The translations under genes and the position numbers were made by a program. This document shows, piece after piece, positions 19,847-28,689 of a stretch of DNA of 64,000 bases. This DNA is from Patescibacteria group bacterium. Its GTDB lineage: Bacteria; Patescibacteriota; Microgenomatia; UBA1400; UBA1449. Within the stretch, counting starts at the first letter, position 1; each line of letters starts with the position of its first letter. The notes beneath the pieces were generated by a model, which saw only the letters and a program-made list of their open reading frames with translations, made no database searches and was not told the origin of the DNA. The stretch spans positions 932-64,931 of the forward strand of contig JBMNOG010000006.1 of the NCBI GenBank assembly GCA_050942955.1, read 5' to 3'.

Positions 19847-20713
19847 TTAGGTAAATGTCTGTTTTCCCTTATTTTGTGAAGGTTCTTTCTCCAACTGCCT
19901 TAACCGGTTGTATAAGGGAAATATGAGTTTTTTGGGAAGCAAACTCACTATAAGCATTTGTAGAAGAGTTATACTAATGTCTGCCAAATGCGGACGGTAG
20001 CCGTAACTCATAATCGCTTTCACTCTAGATCTAAGCGTAACAAAAAATGTCTTCTTAGGATCTTTTAAAGAAGTGTTATCGGGGTGGATGCGATAAGACA
20101 GAAGGTAGTCTTTGAGGTTGGCACAACTGCCAAACTGAAATAACCTAAACAGCAGGTCTACCTCCTCTGCAGTCTCTTCCCCTTCCTTGTACCACCTGTA
20201 GTTTTGGGGTAAGAGTTTGCGGTTTACCATAAGTGAGGGCTGCTGCAAAGGAATGGATCTAAAGATCATCCGGTAAATGCTTCTATGGTCTTGAGGGAAC
20301 GTTTTAATACCCAGAATTTTTCCCTTAGTGTCAATGAGCTGGCACTGGGCTCCAACAGCCACTGTTTGCCCATGATGCTGCAAAAATGCCACCTGTTTTG
20401 CTAGCCTCTCAGGATGCATGACATCATCTGCATCCATTCTGGCAACATAATCTCCGCGGATTTTTGATAAAGCTAGGTTGGCAGCACTAGCCACACCCCA
20501 GTGTTTACCGTTGCGGTATGCAGTAATCCGACTGTCTGTACTTTCGTACTTTTTGAGAATTTCCCAGGAATGGTCTTCTGACCAATCATCAACAGCAATT
20601 AGTTCCCAGTTGGGATACGTCTGGTTTTGAATACTTGAAAGCGCCTGAGACAAAAACTTCTCGCCATTAAAAACAGGCATAAAGATGGAAACTGTGGGCC
20701 TTGGTTTACTCAT
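19847..20713 (-). CDS. Family-2 glycosyltransferase (polyprenyl-phosphate sugar synthase-like).
   Basis: N-terminal GT-A fold motifs VSIFMPVFNGEKFL ... AVDDWSEDHS ... MDADD (DXD). Confidence 0.75.
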   Translation of the reverse strand: MSKPRPTVSIFMPVFNGEKFLSQALSSIQNQTYPNWELIAVDDWSEDHSWEILKKYESTDSRITAYRNGKHWGVASAANLALSKIRGDYVARMDADDVMHPERLAKQVAFLQHHGQTVAVGAQCQLIDTKGKILGIKTFPQDHRSIYRMIFRSIPLQQPSLMVNRKLLPQNYRWYKEGEETAEEVDLLFRLFQFGSCANLKDYLLSYRIHPDNTSLKDPKKTFFVTLRSRVKAIMSYGYRPHLADISITLLQMLIVSLLPKKLIFPLYNRLRQLEKEPSQNKGKQTFT

Positions 20714-20888
20714 TGTTGTTTCTCTCCTTTGAGGCTACGAATGTTTCCTAACCTCAAGAGAAAGGGCGGCGCTGTAGAGCTTGGCAAGAAAATGGTTCCT
20801 CCTGGTGGAGAAAACATCTTATGCTCAAGATACAGTGCCGCCGGCAAGGTAGTAGCTGTGCTGCTTTCTCTTCCTTTCCAGGACGGAC

Positions 20889-21650
20889 TCATGGGGTATA
20901 ACGGGTATAGTCAACCGCTCCACAACGCCAGCCTGAAAGAGGGTTGACCACCTCAAGCAGCCACCCCTGTTCAATTGCCTGACCGACCCGGAAGCAGAAC
21001 TCCTGCTCTCCCCACTCCGAGGTTGTTACCAAGGCAAAACCGTCGGTAACGTTAAGGACAACCGGAGTGCCATCACTCCGCCAGGCTCTGTAGTGGCCTT
21101 CGATGCCGTTGACAACAACTCCGCCAGCGATGATAACGCTTCCAGTGGGAGCTTCAATCGTCCACACCTGATGTCCACCAACTCCAGTTGGTAAGTACAG
21201 TGAGGGGTGAGTAATATCCGGTTGGGGGTTAAGTCCAGTCGCAACAGTCCCGTTGATCACAATGAGAGGTGGTTGACCTACCGTACCCCTTCGTCCCGGC
21301 ACAACAGCCATTTCGGATGCGGCCGCTGGTACAACACCTTGTGGTTCCAGAACAGCTACCCCTTCTCTGATGGTTGCAGCCATGATTCTCTGGAGCTCTT
21401 CTTGAGTGAGAACACCCTCTTGGATCTCCTGCCTAATTTCCTGCCTAAACTGCTCGAACTCCCCCTGAGTGACCTGTCCTTCACGGACTGCTACAAGAAC
21501 CCGCTCCTCAAATTCTTCAAGGTCTGCGGCTGTAACTACGTCCACGTCACCCAGATCAGGCTCGATGTCCCCGCCAGTGTAGGCGTCACAGGCCATTAAG
21601 GCCACGATAAACACCACTACCAGAACAGATGTTGCTATTACTCGTCTCAT
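20889..21650 (-). CDS. Putative lipoprotein of unknown function (GC-rich island gene 1).
   Basis: Signal peptide ending in the lipobox-like LMAC, an E/Q-rich helical segment and a Gly/Val-rich beta domain. Local GC is about 52-55%. Confidence 0.5.
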   Translation of the reverse strand: MRRVIATSVLVVVFIVALMACDAYTGGDIEPDLGDVDVVTAADLEEFEERVLVAVREGQVTQGEFEQFRQEIRQEIQEGVLTQEELQRIMAATIREGVAVLEPQGVVPAAASEMAVVPGRRGTVGQPPLIVINGTVATGLNPQPDITHPSLYLPTGVGGHQVWTIEAPTGSVIIAGGVVVNGIEGHYRAWRSDGTPVVLNVTDGFALVTTSEWGEQEFCFRVGQAIEQGWLLEVVNPLSGWRCGAVDYTRYTP

Positions 21651-21666
21651 CTGAAACCTCCTTCTC

Positions 21667-23163
21667 TTAGGGGTTTGTCCGCCTGACTCTCCGCCAGTTG
21701 TTTCCGACCAATCCCATAGCCACTACCAGAGTAATAAATGCCAGGATGTAGAGTATGGGTATCAGCCAACCCATAAAAACGCTGCGATAAGCCCCACCTT
21801 GGTCAAGAATAAACCTAGCCCAGGTTAGAGTACCACCCAGTGCTAGCAGAAAGAGCAAGCCTCCTACCCCACCTAGAATGAGAGCTGTAGTGTTAGTCTC
21901 CCTAAAGGTAGAAATCGCTACAACTTGGGATGTAGGAGGTGCAGGAACAACCGGTACTGGCCGTTCGCTCTGGACCGCCGCTCGGTGTACCTCCAAAAGA
22001 AGATCGTGGTACTGTTGAGAGTCATAGGTCTCAACAGGTTCACCTTCGAGTATATCAGCCCTCTGTCTGAACTCGGCTCGGCGGTCTTCGGGTACTAGGT
22101 CAATCTGTGTCCTTATTACCCGAAGATAGTGTTCTTTCTGATCCTGAAGAACACTGCGTCTGGCATCACGGCGGTGTTCTTCGATCTGGCTCTCGGCTAT
22201 CCTATCTTCCAGATCATTTACCATCTCTTGGATCAACTTAGCCGCATCCTCTACCGGATACATATCCCAGGTTTTCCATTCAAGGTCATCAACCTGCTTC
22301 CGGTACTTCCCAGCTTTGTCAGGGGAAAGATTTTTGTAGACAGTGAGGACAATCTCCTGAAGAGTATCTCGGGTTTCCTGCTTGTAGGTCGATTCCCTCT
22401 TGTCTGCCCTCTGTTGAATAGTCTGGGCAGTATCCTCGTTTATATCTTCGAGAAGTTGGAGTGTCGCTTGGACATCAAAGTCGATGGCAGATTGAGAACG
22501 CTGTTCCTCAATTCTGTGCCGGAACTCTTCACGGTGATCTGGATGGACTTTGTCCAGCTTGTTCTCTGCCTTGGAAAGAAGCCCGTCTTTCACCCTGGCC
22601 TTACTCAGCACCTCCTCTTCTGTGAGAACCACCACTTTGTCAGCCACTTCCTCTCTCCTCTTCTCTGCTTCACTGGGTTCAGGGATTTCGTCACTTACTT
22701 TTGGGTGAGAAGGTGTAATTGGTGGAGCTTCTAGAATCGGTTCTCTAAGCCCAACCTCCGCCTTTATCCTATCTAGTTCTTCTTCAAGTTTGGTGTCTCT
22801 CCGGTTCAACTCCTCACGCACACTAGTCAGGATCCTCTGCTCAGAGCTTTTCAGTAGTTCTGCCAATAATCCCTCTGTTTCCTGAGCTGCTTCTTCAGCT
22901 ATTTCAGGGATAGATTCCACACTCTCATCAACTTCCGGTTCCGTGGTAACCACTTGTGGTGAGGGTGAAACGGAACTTCTTTGAGCCTCCCATTCCCCTG
23001 TTTTTTGAAGAAGTTCATCTTCAAAGGCTTGACCGCTTAGACCAGTCCGGTTCTTGATCCTCTGCTCAAGAACTTCGATACCCCCTGTCCTCCATTCCTC
23101 TCTCAATTCTCTCGCCCAGTAGCGAAGCACGTAGTAGCGTTCCCGACCCGTTAGTCGCTCCAT
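21667..23163 (-). CDS. Coiled-coil protein with two C-terminal TM helices, unknown function (GC-rich island gene 2).
   Basis: 498-aa protein, highly charged with E/R/K-rich heptad-like segments. The C-terminal ALILGGVGGLLFLLALGG ... LIPILYILAFITLVVAMGLV forms a TM hairpin. Confidence 0.5.
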   Translation of the reverse strand: MERLTGRERYYVLRYWARELREEWRTGGIEVLEQRIKNRTGLSGQAFEDELLQKTGEWEAQRSSVSPSPQVVTTEPEVDESVESIPEIAEEAAQETEGLLAELLKSSEQRILTSVREELNRRDTKLEEELDRIKAEVGLREPILEAPPITPSHPKVSDEIPEPSEAEKRREEVADKVVVLTEEEVLSKARVKDGLLSKAENKLDKVHPDHREEFRHRIEEQRSQSAIDFDVQATLQLLEDINEDTAQTIQQRADKRESTYKQETRDTLQEIVLTVYKNLSPDKAGKYRKQVDDLEWKTWDMYPVEDAAKLIQEMVNDLEDRIAESQIEEHRRDARRSVLQDQKEHYLRVIRTQIDLVPEDRRAEFRQRADILEGEPVETYDSQQYHDLLLEVHRAAVQSERPVPVVPAPPTSQVVAISTFRETNTTALILGGVGGLLFLLALGGTLTWARFILDQGGAYRSVFMGWLIPILYILAFITLVVAMGLVGNNWRRVRRTNP

Positions 23164-23396
23164 CTTCTCCCTCCAGTTACAAAGTTTAGAGACAACTCAT
23201 CTACAACCAGACTTACTCGCCTACCCATTTAAAGAGTCAGAGAGAAAGCTGGTTTACAGCTTACTACCTTGTTAAAGTGCTTCTTGCAAAAAGTTAGGTA
23301 AACGCATATGTTCGCCGCTTTGTGCAAGACTCGTTCTGCCAAGTAGGCAGAGAAGAAACCCGATATCTCTTCCCTGCCTGCTTTAGAAATGAGGGC

Positions 23397-23428
23397 AAAA
23401 AAACCCGCTTTTGTGCGGGTTTTAGGGT
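23397..23428. terminator. Rho-independent terminator after the LPXTG gene.
   Basis: AAAAAAACCCGCTTTTGTGCGGGTTTTAGGGTTT: a GC stem flanked by an A-run and a T-run. Confidence 0.65.
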
Positions 23429-23460
23429 TTAAAACATAGTCTTTATTAATTTCTCAATAC

Positions 23461-24153
23461 TTATTTCTTTGCTAACATTAGTAACACACTACCTAAAGCG
23501 AAAAAACCAACAGGGCCCGCCAGCAAAACCAGAGGAAAATTAGTACCAGTAGGAGGCAACTCTTCAACCCCCAAAACTTTCTCCTTAACCACAATCTCTT
23601 CCTTTTCAACTACTGCCTCTCTGGCAATACAGAAATTAGCTGTATCTATGTCCTCTTCGCTGTCGAACATAGCTACAACCTTATTTGTGACACACATAGC
23701 CATCTCAGAAAGAGCACTGGTGTCTTTTATCCGTGCCTGGAACGATCTTGTTTCAGTTTCTCCGGGATCAAGATCAAATACTTCAAATTGCACCACTCCA
23801 CTACCACCTGACGTATCTCCTCCTGATTGCCACTCCAACCAGTTAGGCAAAAAATCTTTAAGAGTAACTTGGTGCACTACTATATTGCCGGTGTTTGTCA
23901 CACGCAGTTCAAATGTAACTGTTTCACCTGAACTGAATACAAGCTCATCCCTGGGAATGTTGTCTACAAATGTATTTTTATGAGGGCTAAAAACAACTTT
24001 GTCGACGTCAATCTCTTTCTCTTCACAGACCAATCCACCCCCATAAACTTCGCGGCAAATACGGGAAGCATACGCAGACTCCGCTGTCGTAAGAAAATAT
24101 ATAAGAAACCCTGTGGCAACAAAAAACAACGCAAAAAGTAGTTTCTTCATCAA
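23461..24153 (-). CDS. Sortase-anchored surface protein (LPXTG-type, DUF11-like repeat domain).
   Basis: Signal peptide, a DUF11-like segment (VTFELRVTNTGNIVVHQVTLKDFLP) and a C-terminal LPPTG sorting motif followed by a hydrophobic stretch and a KK tail. Confidence 0.75.
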   Translation of the reverse strand: MMKKLLFALFFVATGFLIYFLTTAESAYASRICREVYGGGLVCEEKEIDVDKVVFSPHKNTFVDNIPRDELVFSSGETVTFELRVTNTGNIVVHQVTLKDFLPNWLEWQSGGDTSGGSGVVQFEVFDLDPGETETRSFQARIKDTSALSEMAMCVTNKVVAMFDSEEDIDTANFCIAREAVVEKEEIVVKEKVLGVEELPPTGTNFPLVLLAGPVGFFALGSVLLMLAKK

Positions 24154-24243
24154 AAAGAATTATACGAAATGTAAATTAAGAAACTATGAAAATAAATTGA
24201 TATCTTCGTTATTTTTAATAATATTGGAGACAAAATATTGTTA

Positions 24244-24996
24244 TTAGGTATTAATAGGTTCGGCTATTACTAAGAGCCGCTGCCAGGTGGTTCCAGGAGG
24301 GTAACATGTTTGCAAAATAAGGACATCCTGATCTTTTAGTTGGTCAACTAGGCTCAGGTCTTTTGGAGCCACTACCCTTTTTTCTCTAACAGTATAAGAA
24401 AATATCTGGTCTCCCAGTCTGAGAAAAACAGCATCACCTTTATTGAGCTCTTTTATTTCAATAAAGAGCGCATTGTAAGTGGCAATGTTCCAGGGATAAT
24501 CTGTTGAGTGCCCGAAGATAAAAACCATCTTTCCCTGTCCTGGAAAGGCTGAATTCAAGGCATGAGCTACTCCTTTTTTCAAAGCTTCTGTGTAAATTTT
24601 TGAGTCCCCAGCATCAACGTTTGGCACTACTGAAGCCTGAAGACCGATTGCAGGAATTTCCAGCGAGAACGGAAGTGAAGCAGGATCTGGGGTAGGTACA
24701 GGACTAACATTAGGCAAAGCGCTTTCTGCATGGGAATCAAAAGAGTAAGTTGGTAAAACTGTCCCAATTCTTTGCATTACTACAGAAACTTGCGTCAGTG
24801 AAAACAAGGTAAAAAGCACTCCTACCGCAACAACTGCAGCCCCCAAGCTAACCTTACCTACAAACCGAAAGACCGTATTTTTTGGAAGCGGTTCTTTTTC
24901 GGAAGATGCCTGGTAAATAACTCCACTTTTTTTGGAAGCCATACTGTACAACTTTTTTAGTGGTAACCAGTGTACCAGAGAAGAATGAAACGGCAA
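24244..24996 (-). CDS. Sortase (transpeptidase) family protein.
   Basis: N-terminal TM anchor and catalytic His (FIFGHS), Cys (ILQTCYPPG, TLxTC-like) and Arg residues. It lies adjacent to the LPPTG substrate gene. Confidence 0.75.
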   Translation of the reverse strand: MPFHSSLVHWLPLKKLYSMASKKSGVIYQASSEKEPLPKNTVFRFVGKVSLGAAVVAVGVLFTLFSLTQVSVVMQRIGTVLPTYSFDSHAESALPNVSPVPTPDPASLPFSLEIPAIGLQASVVPNVDAGDSKIYTEALKKGVAHALNSAFPGQGKMVFIFGHSTDYPWNIATYNALFIEIKELNKGDAVFLRLGDQIFSYTVREKRVVAPKDLSLVDQLKDQDVLILQTCYPPGTTWQRLLVIAEPINT

Positions 24997-25002
24997 TGAA
25001 AC

Positions 25003-26310
25003 TTACGCTAACGCTTTAGTCACAGCTTCGCGTATCTTTGAAACTTCTGAAGCAGTAAGAGCAACAGTATACCCCTGGGATTTGGCTTCTTTTAAGCGTT
25101 TATCCAAAAAAGAGACTTTACGAATTTCCCCAAGCAATCCCACTTCCCCAACAGCCACAGTCTTACTGCTAATAGGTTTGTTTTTGTAAGACGAAGCAAT
25201 GGCGAGACATACCCCTAGATCTACCGCAGGCTCCCTTAAATTAAGCCCTCCGGCCACATTAACAAAGACATCTTTATCCCCCAAGCGCAAACCCGCATGC
25301 CTTTCTAAAATAGCACAGATAATTTGTAATCTCCTCTGGTCAATACCTGTACCTACATGTCGGGGAATAGCCAAATTGGTCGGATTAACCAAAGCCTGGA
25401 TCTCAACCAGAACTGGCCTCACTCCCTGCATAGAACAAACCACCACACTTCCAGGTGCATTGAAAGAGTCTTTGCCGTTTTGTAAAAAGAGCTCTGATGG
25501 ATTATTTATTTCAGTAAGCCCACTATCCTGCATAGCAAATACCCCTACTTCATCTGTCGGCCCGAACCGGTTTTTAACCGCCCGAAGGAGTCTGAACTCA
25601 TGCCTGCCATCCCCTTCAAACTGCAAAACCGTATCCACCAGGTGTTCTAAAATTTTTGGCCCTGCGACTACCCCTTCTTTTGTCACATGCCCAACCAAAA
25701 TGACAGGCACATCTGTTTCTTTTGCTCTGTGGAGCAGGATTTGCGCTGACTCCCTGATTTGACCCACTGAGCCGGCTACACCGGTTAGCTTTTCTGTCCA
25801 GATAGTTTGAATTGAGTCAATAATCACCACCGACTGGTCGGTAATAGATGCCACTATAGTCTCAGCATTTGTTTCAGGCAAAACAGTGAAGTCAGTGGGT
25901 AAACCCAATCGTTCTACTCTGAGCCGTACTTGCTGGGGAGATTCCTCTCCTAAAACGTAGAGGCCTTTACATTTGGCAACTACTGCAGTTAGAAGGCTTG
26001 ATTTTCCTACTCCGGGAGGTCCGGCAACCAGTGTAAGCGACCCTGGCACAATTCCCCCACCAAGAACCCTATCTAGTTCTCCAAAAGTCGTCGGCATACG
26101 GGCAATTTTTTTTGAAGCTACTTCTGAAAGTTTTGTCGTAGGAACAGCAATTTTTTTAGAGGGTTTTCGGCCGCCAAAACCGGCCGGAGTGGTAGGTACA
26201 AGACTTTCCACAAGTGTATTCCATGCCTGGCATTCAGGGCACTGTCCTAACCATTTTGAGTTTTGGAAACCACAAGACTGACAGACAAAAACTGAGGTAG
26301 ACTTTGCCAT
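25003..26310 (-). CDS. radA: DNA repair protein RadA/Sms.
   Basis: N-terminal C4 zinc finger (CQSCGF...CPECQAW), a RecA-like domain with Walker A GPPGVGKSS, a KNRFG motif and a C-terminal Lon-protease-like domain. Confidence 0.92.
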   Translation of the reverse strand: MAKSTSVFVCQSCGFQNSKWLGQCPECQAWNTLVESLVPTTPAGFGGRKPSKKIAVPTTKLSEVASKKIARMPTTFGELDRVLGGGIVPGSLTLVAGPPGVGKSSLLTAVVAKCKGLYVLGEESPQQVRLRVERLGLPTDFTVLPETNAETIVASITDQSVVIIDSIQTIWTEKLTGVAGSVGQIRESAQILLHRAKETDVPVILVGHVTKEGVVAGPKILEHLVDTVLQFEGDGRHEFRLLRAVKNRFGPTDEVGVFAMQDSGLTEINNPSELFLQNGKDSFNAPGSVVVCSMQGVRPVLVEIQALVNPTNLAIPRHVGTGIDQRRLQIICAILERHAGLRLGDKDVFVNVAGGLNLREPAVDLGVCLAIASSYKNKPISSKTVAVGEVGLLGEIRKVSFLDKRLKEAKSQGYTVALTASEVSKIREAVTKALA

Positions 26311-26391
26311 AGTAAGGGTTAGTGTATCACACCCAGTTAATCGGAACAGGTAAGAAAACTCTAAGCCTGTAACAAGTTACCTGTTTTTGTT

Positions 26392-26856
26392 TTACCGTCT
26401 AACAGTAATAACGTCTGTCAACTCCCCACTGGCTGAAGCAATGATACGGTTATTTTCATCCCGGGAAATGAAGTAACCGGTTTCTCCAGGCTGGTTCTCT
26501 GAAGGATCGGTCGGAATCTCAGGAATGTAGGTAGGTACAATAGTATCTCCCCCATCGCCAGCATTAGCCAGATCAAAACAGCCAACTGCTGAACCAATAC
26601 AGACTGCCTCTTCCGGAAAACTGTCAGTTAACGGATCACCATCAGTATCGGGTAAGTTTCCCTGATGCTCAGCCACGTACTGGTAAATAGCATTGGTAAT
26701 AGCATACAGATCAGACTGCCTTTGAGTGTCCCGGGCATTGGCAAATTGTCTTCCTGGGTTAACGGCAACTAACACAATGGCTGCCAAAATTGCAATAACA
26801 CCGATAACTACCAGCAATTCAACAAGAGTAAATCCTGAATGCTTATGAAGAAACAT
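26392..26856 (-). CDS. Type IV pilin (prepilin-type N-terminal cleavage/methylation domain).
   Basis: MFLHKHSG|FTLVELLVVIGVIAILAAIVLV class III signal peptide; SD AAAGGAGG upstream. Confidence 0.85.
   Translation of the reverse strand: MFLHKHSGFTLVELLVVIGVIAILAAIVLVAVNPGRQFANARDTQRQSDLYAITNAIYQYVAEHQGNLPDTDGDPLTDSFPEEAVCIGSAVGCFDLANAGDGGDTIVPTYIPEIPTDPSENQPGETGYFISRDENNRIIASASGELTDVITVRR
26665..26811. repeat. 147-bp exact direct repeat, copy 1, covering the conserved 5' coding region of pilin gene 1.
   Basis: Nucleotide-identical to 27280-27426 (atgctcagccacgtactggtaaatagcattggtaatagcatacagatcagactgcctttgagtgtcccgggcattggc...gataactac). Confidence 0.85.
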
Positions 26857-26976
26857 AAAACCTCCTTTTAAGAATAAGAGTATGTATCTACATCAAGTAT
26901 ATCTTACTTGTAGACAAACAAAAACACTCAGAAACAGGGCAGGCCCACGGATTTCTGAGTGTTTAAGAAGTACTTC

Positions 26977-27465
26977 TTATCTGCGCACAGTAATGGTACC
27001 ACCAGTCAGTTCTCCACTAGCTGTAGCGGTAACTCTCTGATTAGCATCAGCAAAGACGCTGTAGCCAGTATACGCATCAAAGTTAACAGTAAGATTTGGA
27101 TCATGCGGAATTTCAGCAATATAGGTAGGCACAATTGGCTCCTCTCCACCGGCTATAGCCAGATCAAAACAAGCAGCACCAGTTGTTGGGTGAGTTCCAC
27201 TACCAATACATGTTGGCGTAGTCGGAAATGCAGTTATTACTGCTCCACTAGCATCTAAAATATCCGGTAAATTACCGTTATGCTCAGCCACGTACTGGTA
27301 AATAGCATTGGTAATAGCATACAGATCAGACTGCCTTTGAGTGTCCCGGGCATTGGCAAATTGTCTTCCTGGGTTAACGGCAACTAACACAATGGCTGCC
27401 AAAATTGCAATAACACCGATAACTACTAACAGTTCGATTAAGGTAAAACCTCGATTTTTCTTCAT
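26977..27465 (-). CDS. Type IV pilin paralog. The true start is probably at 27465 (MKKNRGFTLIELL...) rather than the ORF-track start at 27519.
   Basis: G|FTLIELLVVIGVIAILAAIVLV prepilin motif. A strong SD GGAGGAGGTG lies 8 nt upstream of the ATG at 27463-27465. Residues about 15-64 are identical to the upstream pilin. Confidence 0.85.
   Translation of the reverse strand: MKKNRGFTLIELLVVIGVIAILAAIVLVAVNPGRQFANARDTQRQSDLYAITNAIYQYVAEHNGNLPDILDASGAVITAFPTTPTCIGSGTHPTTGAACFDLAIAGGEEPIVPTYIAEIPHDPNLTVNFDAYTGYSVFADANQRVTATASGELTGGTITVRR
27280..27426. repeat. 147-bp exact direct repeat, copy 2, in pilin gene 2.
   Basis: Nucleotide-identical to 26665-26811. Confidence 0.85.
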
Positions 27466-27521
27466 AAATACACTCACCTCCTCCCAACAGCAAAATACGA
27501 TTATTTCGCTAACACACAATA

Positions 27522-28091
27522 TTACTCGCCTTCCACCCCTAAAATAACTCTAATATCAAACTTATCTTCTGTCTGTAATATCTCCTCTTTAATCTCTCCC
27601 CAACCTAATTCCAAAAGACGATCCTTCAGTGGTTTTTCCCACTGTCTATATTCATTTTTATAGAATATGGTAGTCTCGTCAAGTAGCGATTGACTGGTTA
27701 CCAATTCCACTTCCGTATCTCCGGAAAAAAGAGAGCTGACCTGCTTAGCTCCTCCAGTCTTGCCAGAAGCATTAACTATCTCGACTTTTTTAGGAATAGA
27801 CAGCTTAGCTGCAGAGGAAGTAGCTTGCTCTTCATAATTCTCTTTAGGAACGTTTTCTACTACAGCTTGTTCCGGTACGCGTTTATTAATCAGTGAAAGA
27901 GCTTTACCTAAACTCTGGCGGTTTAGCTGGGTAGCTGTTGAAATAGCCATGTTTTTATCTACCCCTATAGCGGTCTGAATTGTCTCTGCTGCTACTCTGA
28001 AAGAAATCAATAACAAAGCTAGGCCAACTAAAGCAAAGACAAATACAATGATATGGTTAAGAGTTAGTTTTAGTGAACTCATCAGAAACAA
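27522..28091 (-). CDS. Membrane-anchored protein with a LytR_C-like (cell-envelope-related attenuator C-terminal) domain.
   Basis: N-terminal TM helix and a C-terminal segment VEIVNASGKTGGAKQVSSLF...DIRVILG resembling LytR_C. Confidence 0.45.
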   Translation of the reverse strand: MFLMSSLKLTLNHIIVFVFALVGLALLLISFRVAAETIQTAIGVDKNMAISTATQLNRQSLGKALSLINKRVPEQAVVENVPKENYEEQATSSAAKLSIPKKVEIVNASGKTGGAKQVSSLFSGDTEVELVTSQSLLDETTIFYKNEYRQWEKPLKDRLLELGWGEIKEEILQTEDKFDIRVILGVEGE

Positions 28092-28689
28092 ATAAATGGA
28101 ACTGAGTTTGAACTATTACCTCACCTGAACTAGGATCAAAGTCTTTAGTAAACGTAACGGCCTTAATAAAATAAGGGCTGTTAACAATTTTGTTAAGAGC
28201 AGCATTTACTGCAGCTTCTGAACCTCGGATTCTTAACGTCATGGGCAAAAAACTCGGAGTCTTACCTATTTTTGTAGGCACATCGCTATCAACTGAAAAG
28301 CGCATCACTTCAACTGAAGAACGCAGACTATCCACAATCGCAATAAACTCAAGTAGGCTCGACTCTGTCGGAAAAGCAGATAGTACCTTTTCTCTCTCTT
28401 CTTCCGTTTCCTTAAGCGCTTGAGTCAGAAGCATCTCATCCTGTTCACTTATCTGAAATGCCAGAGACTGGGTTCTCAGTTTCTGTACAGTTAGACCTTT
28501 TTGGGGTAGTAAAGACAGCAACACACCGCTTCCAATTACAAACAGAGTCGAAAAGCTTATCAGGATAATAAATAGGCTATTGTTATTTGTTTTCTTGGGC
28601 TTTTTAGCCACTTTCTTTACTTCACTCTCTTTGCTTTGAGTTTTCGTGGTTTCAGTTGGTTGTTTTGGTTGTGACTTTGTATCGCTCAT
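28057..28689 (-). CDS. Type IV pilus assembly protein PilO-like (bitopic, coiled-coil plus periplasmic domain).
   Basis: K/T-rich cytoplasmic N-terminus, a single TM segment and a periplasmic coiled coil. Its position is between the pilin genes and pilM-N. Confidence 0.5.
   Translation of the reverse strand: MSDTKSQPKQPTETTKTQSKESEVKKVAKKPKKTNNNSLFIILISFSTLFVIGSGVLLSLLPQKGLTVQKLRTQSLAFQISEQDEMLLTQALKETEEEREKVLSAFPTESSLLEFIAIVDSLRSSVEVMRFSVDSDVPTKIGKTPSFLPMTLRIRGSEAAVNAALNKIVNSPYFIKAVTFTKDFDPSSGEVIVQTQFHLFVSDEFTKTNS

Noticed and set aside
25199-26281. ORFs 25199-25762 (+) and 25973-26281 (+) inside radA.
   Set aside because: They are antisense to radA. Their Pro/Ser/Thr-rich translations are typical of reverse frames of GC-richer coding DNA.
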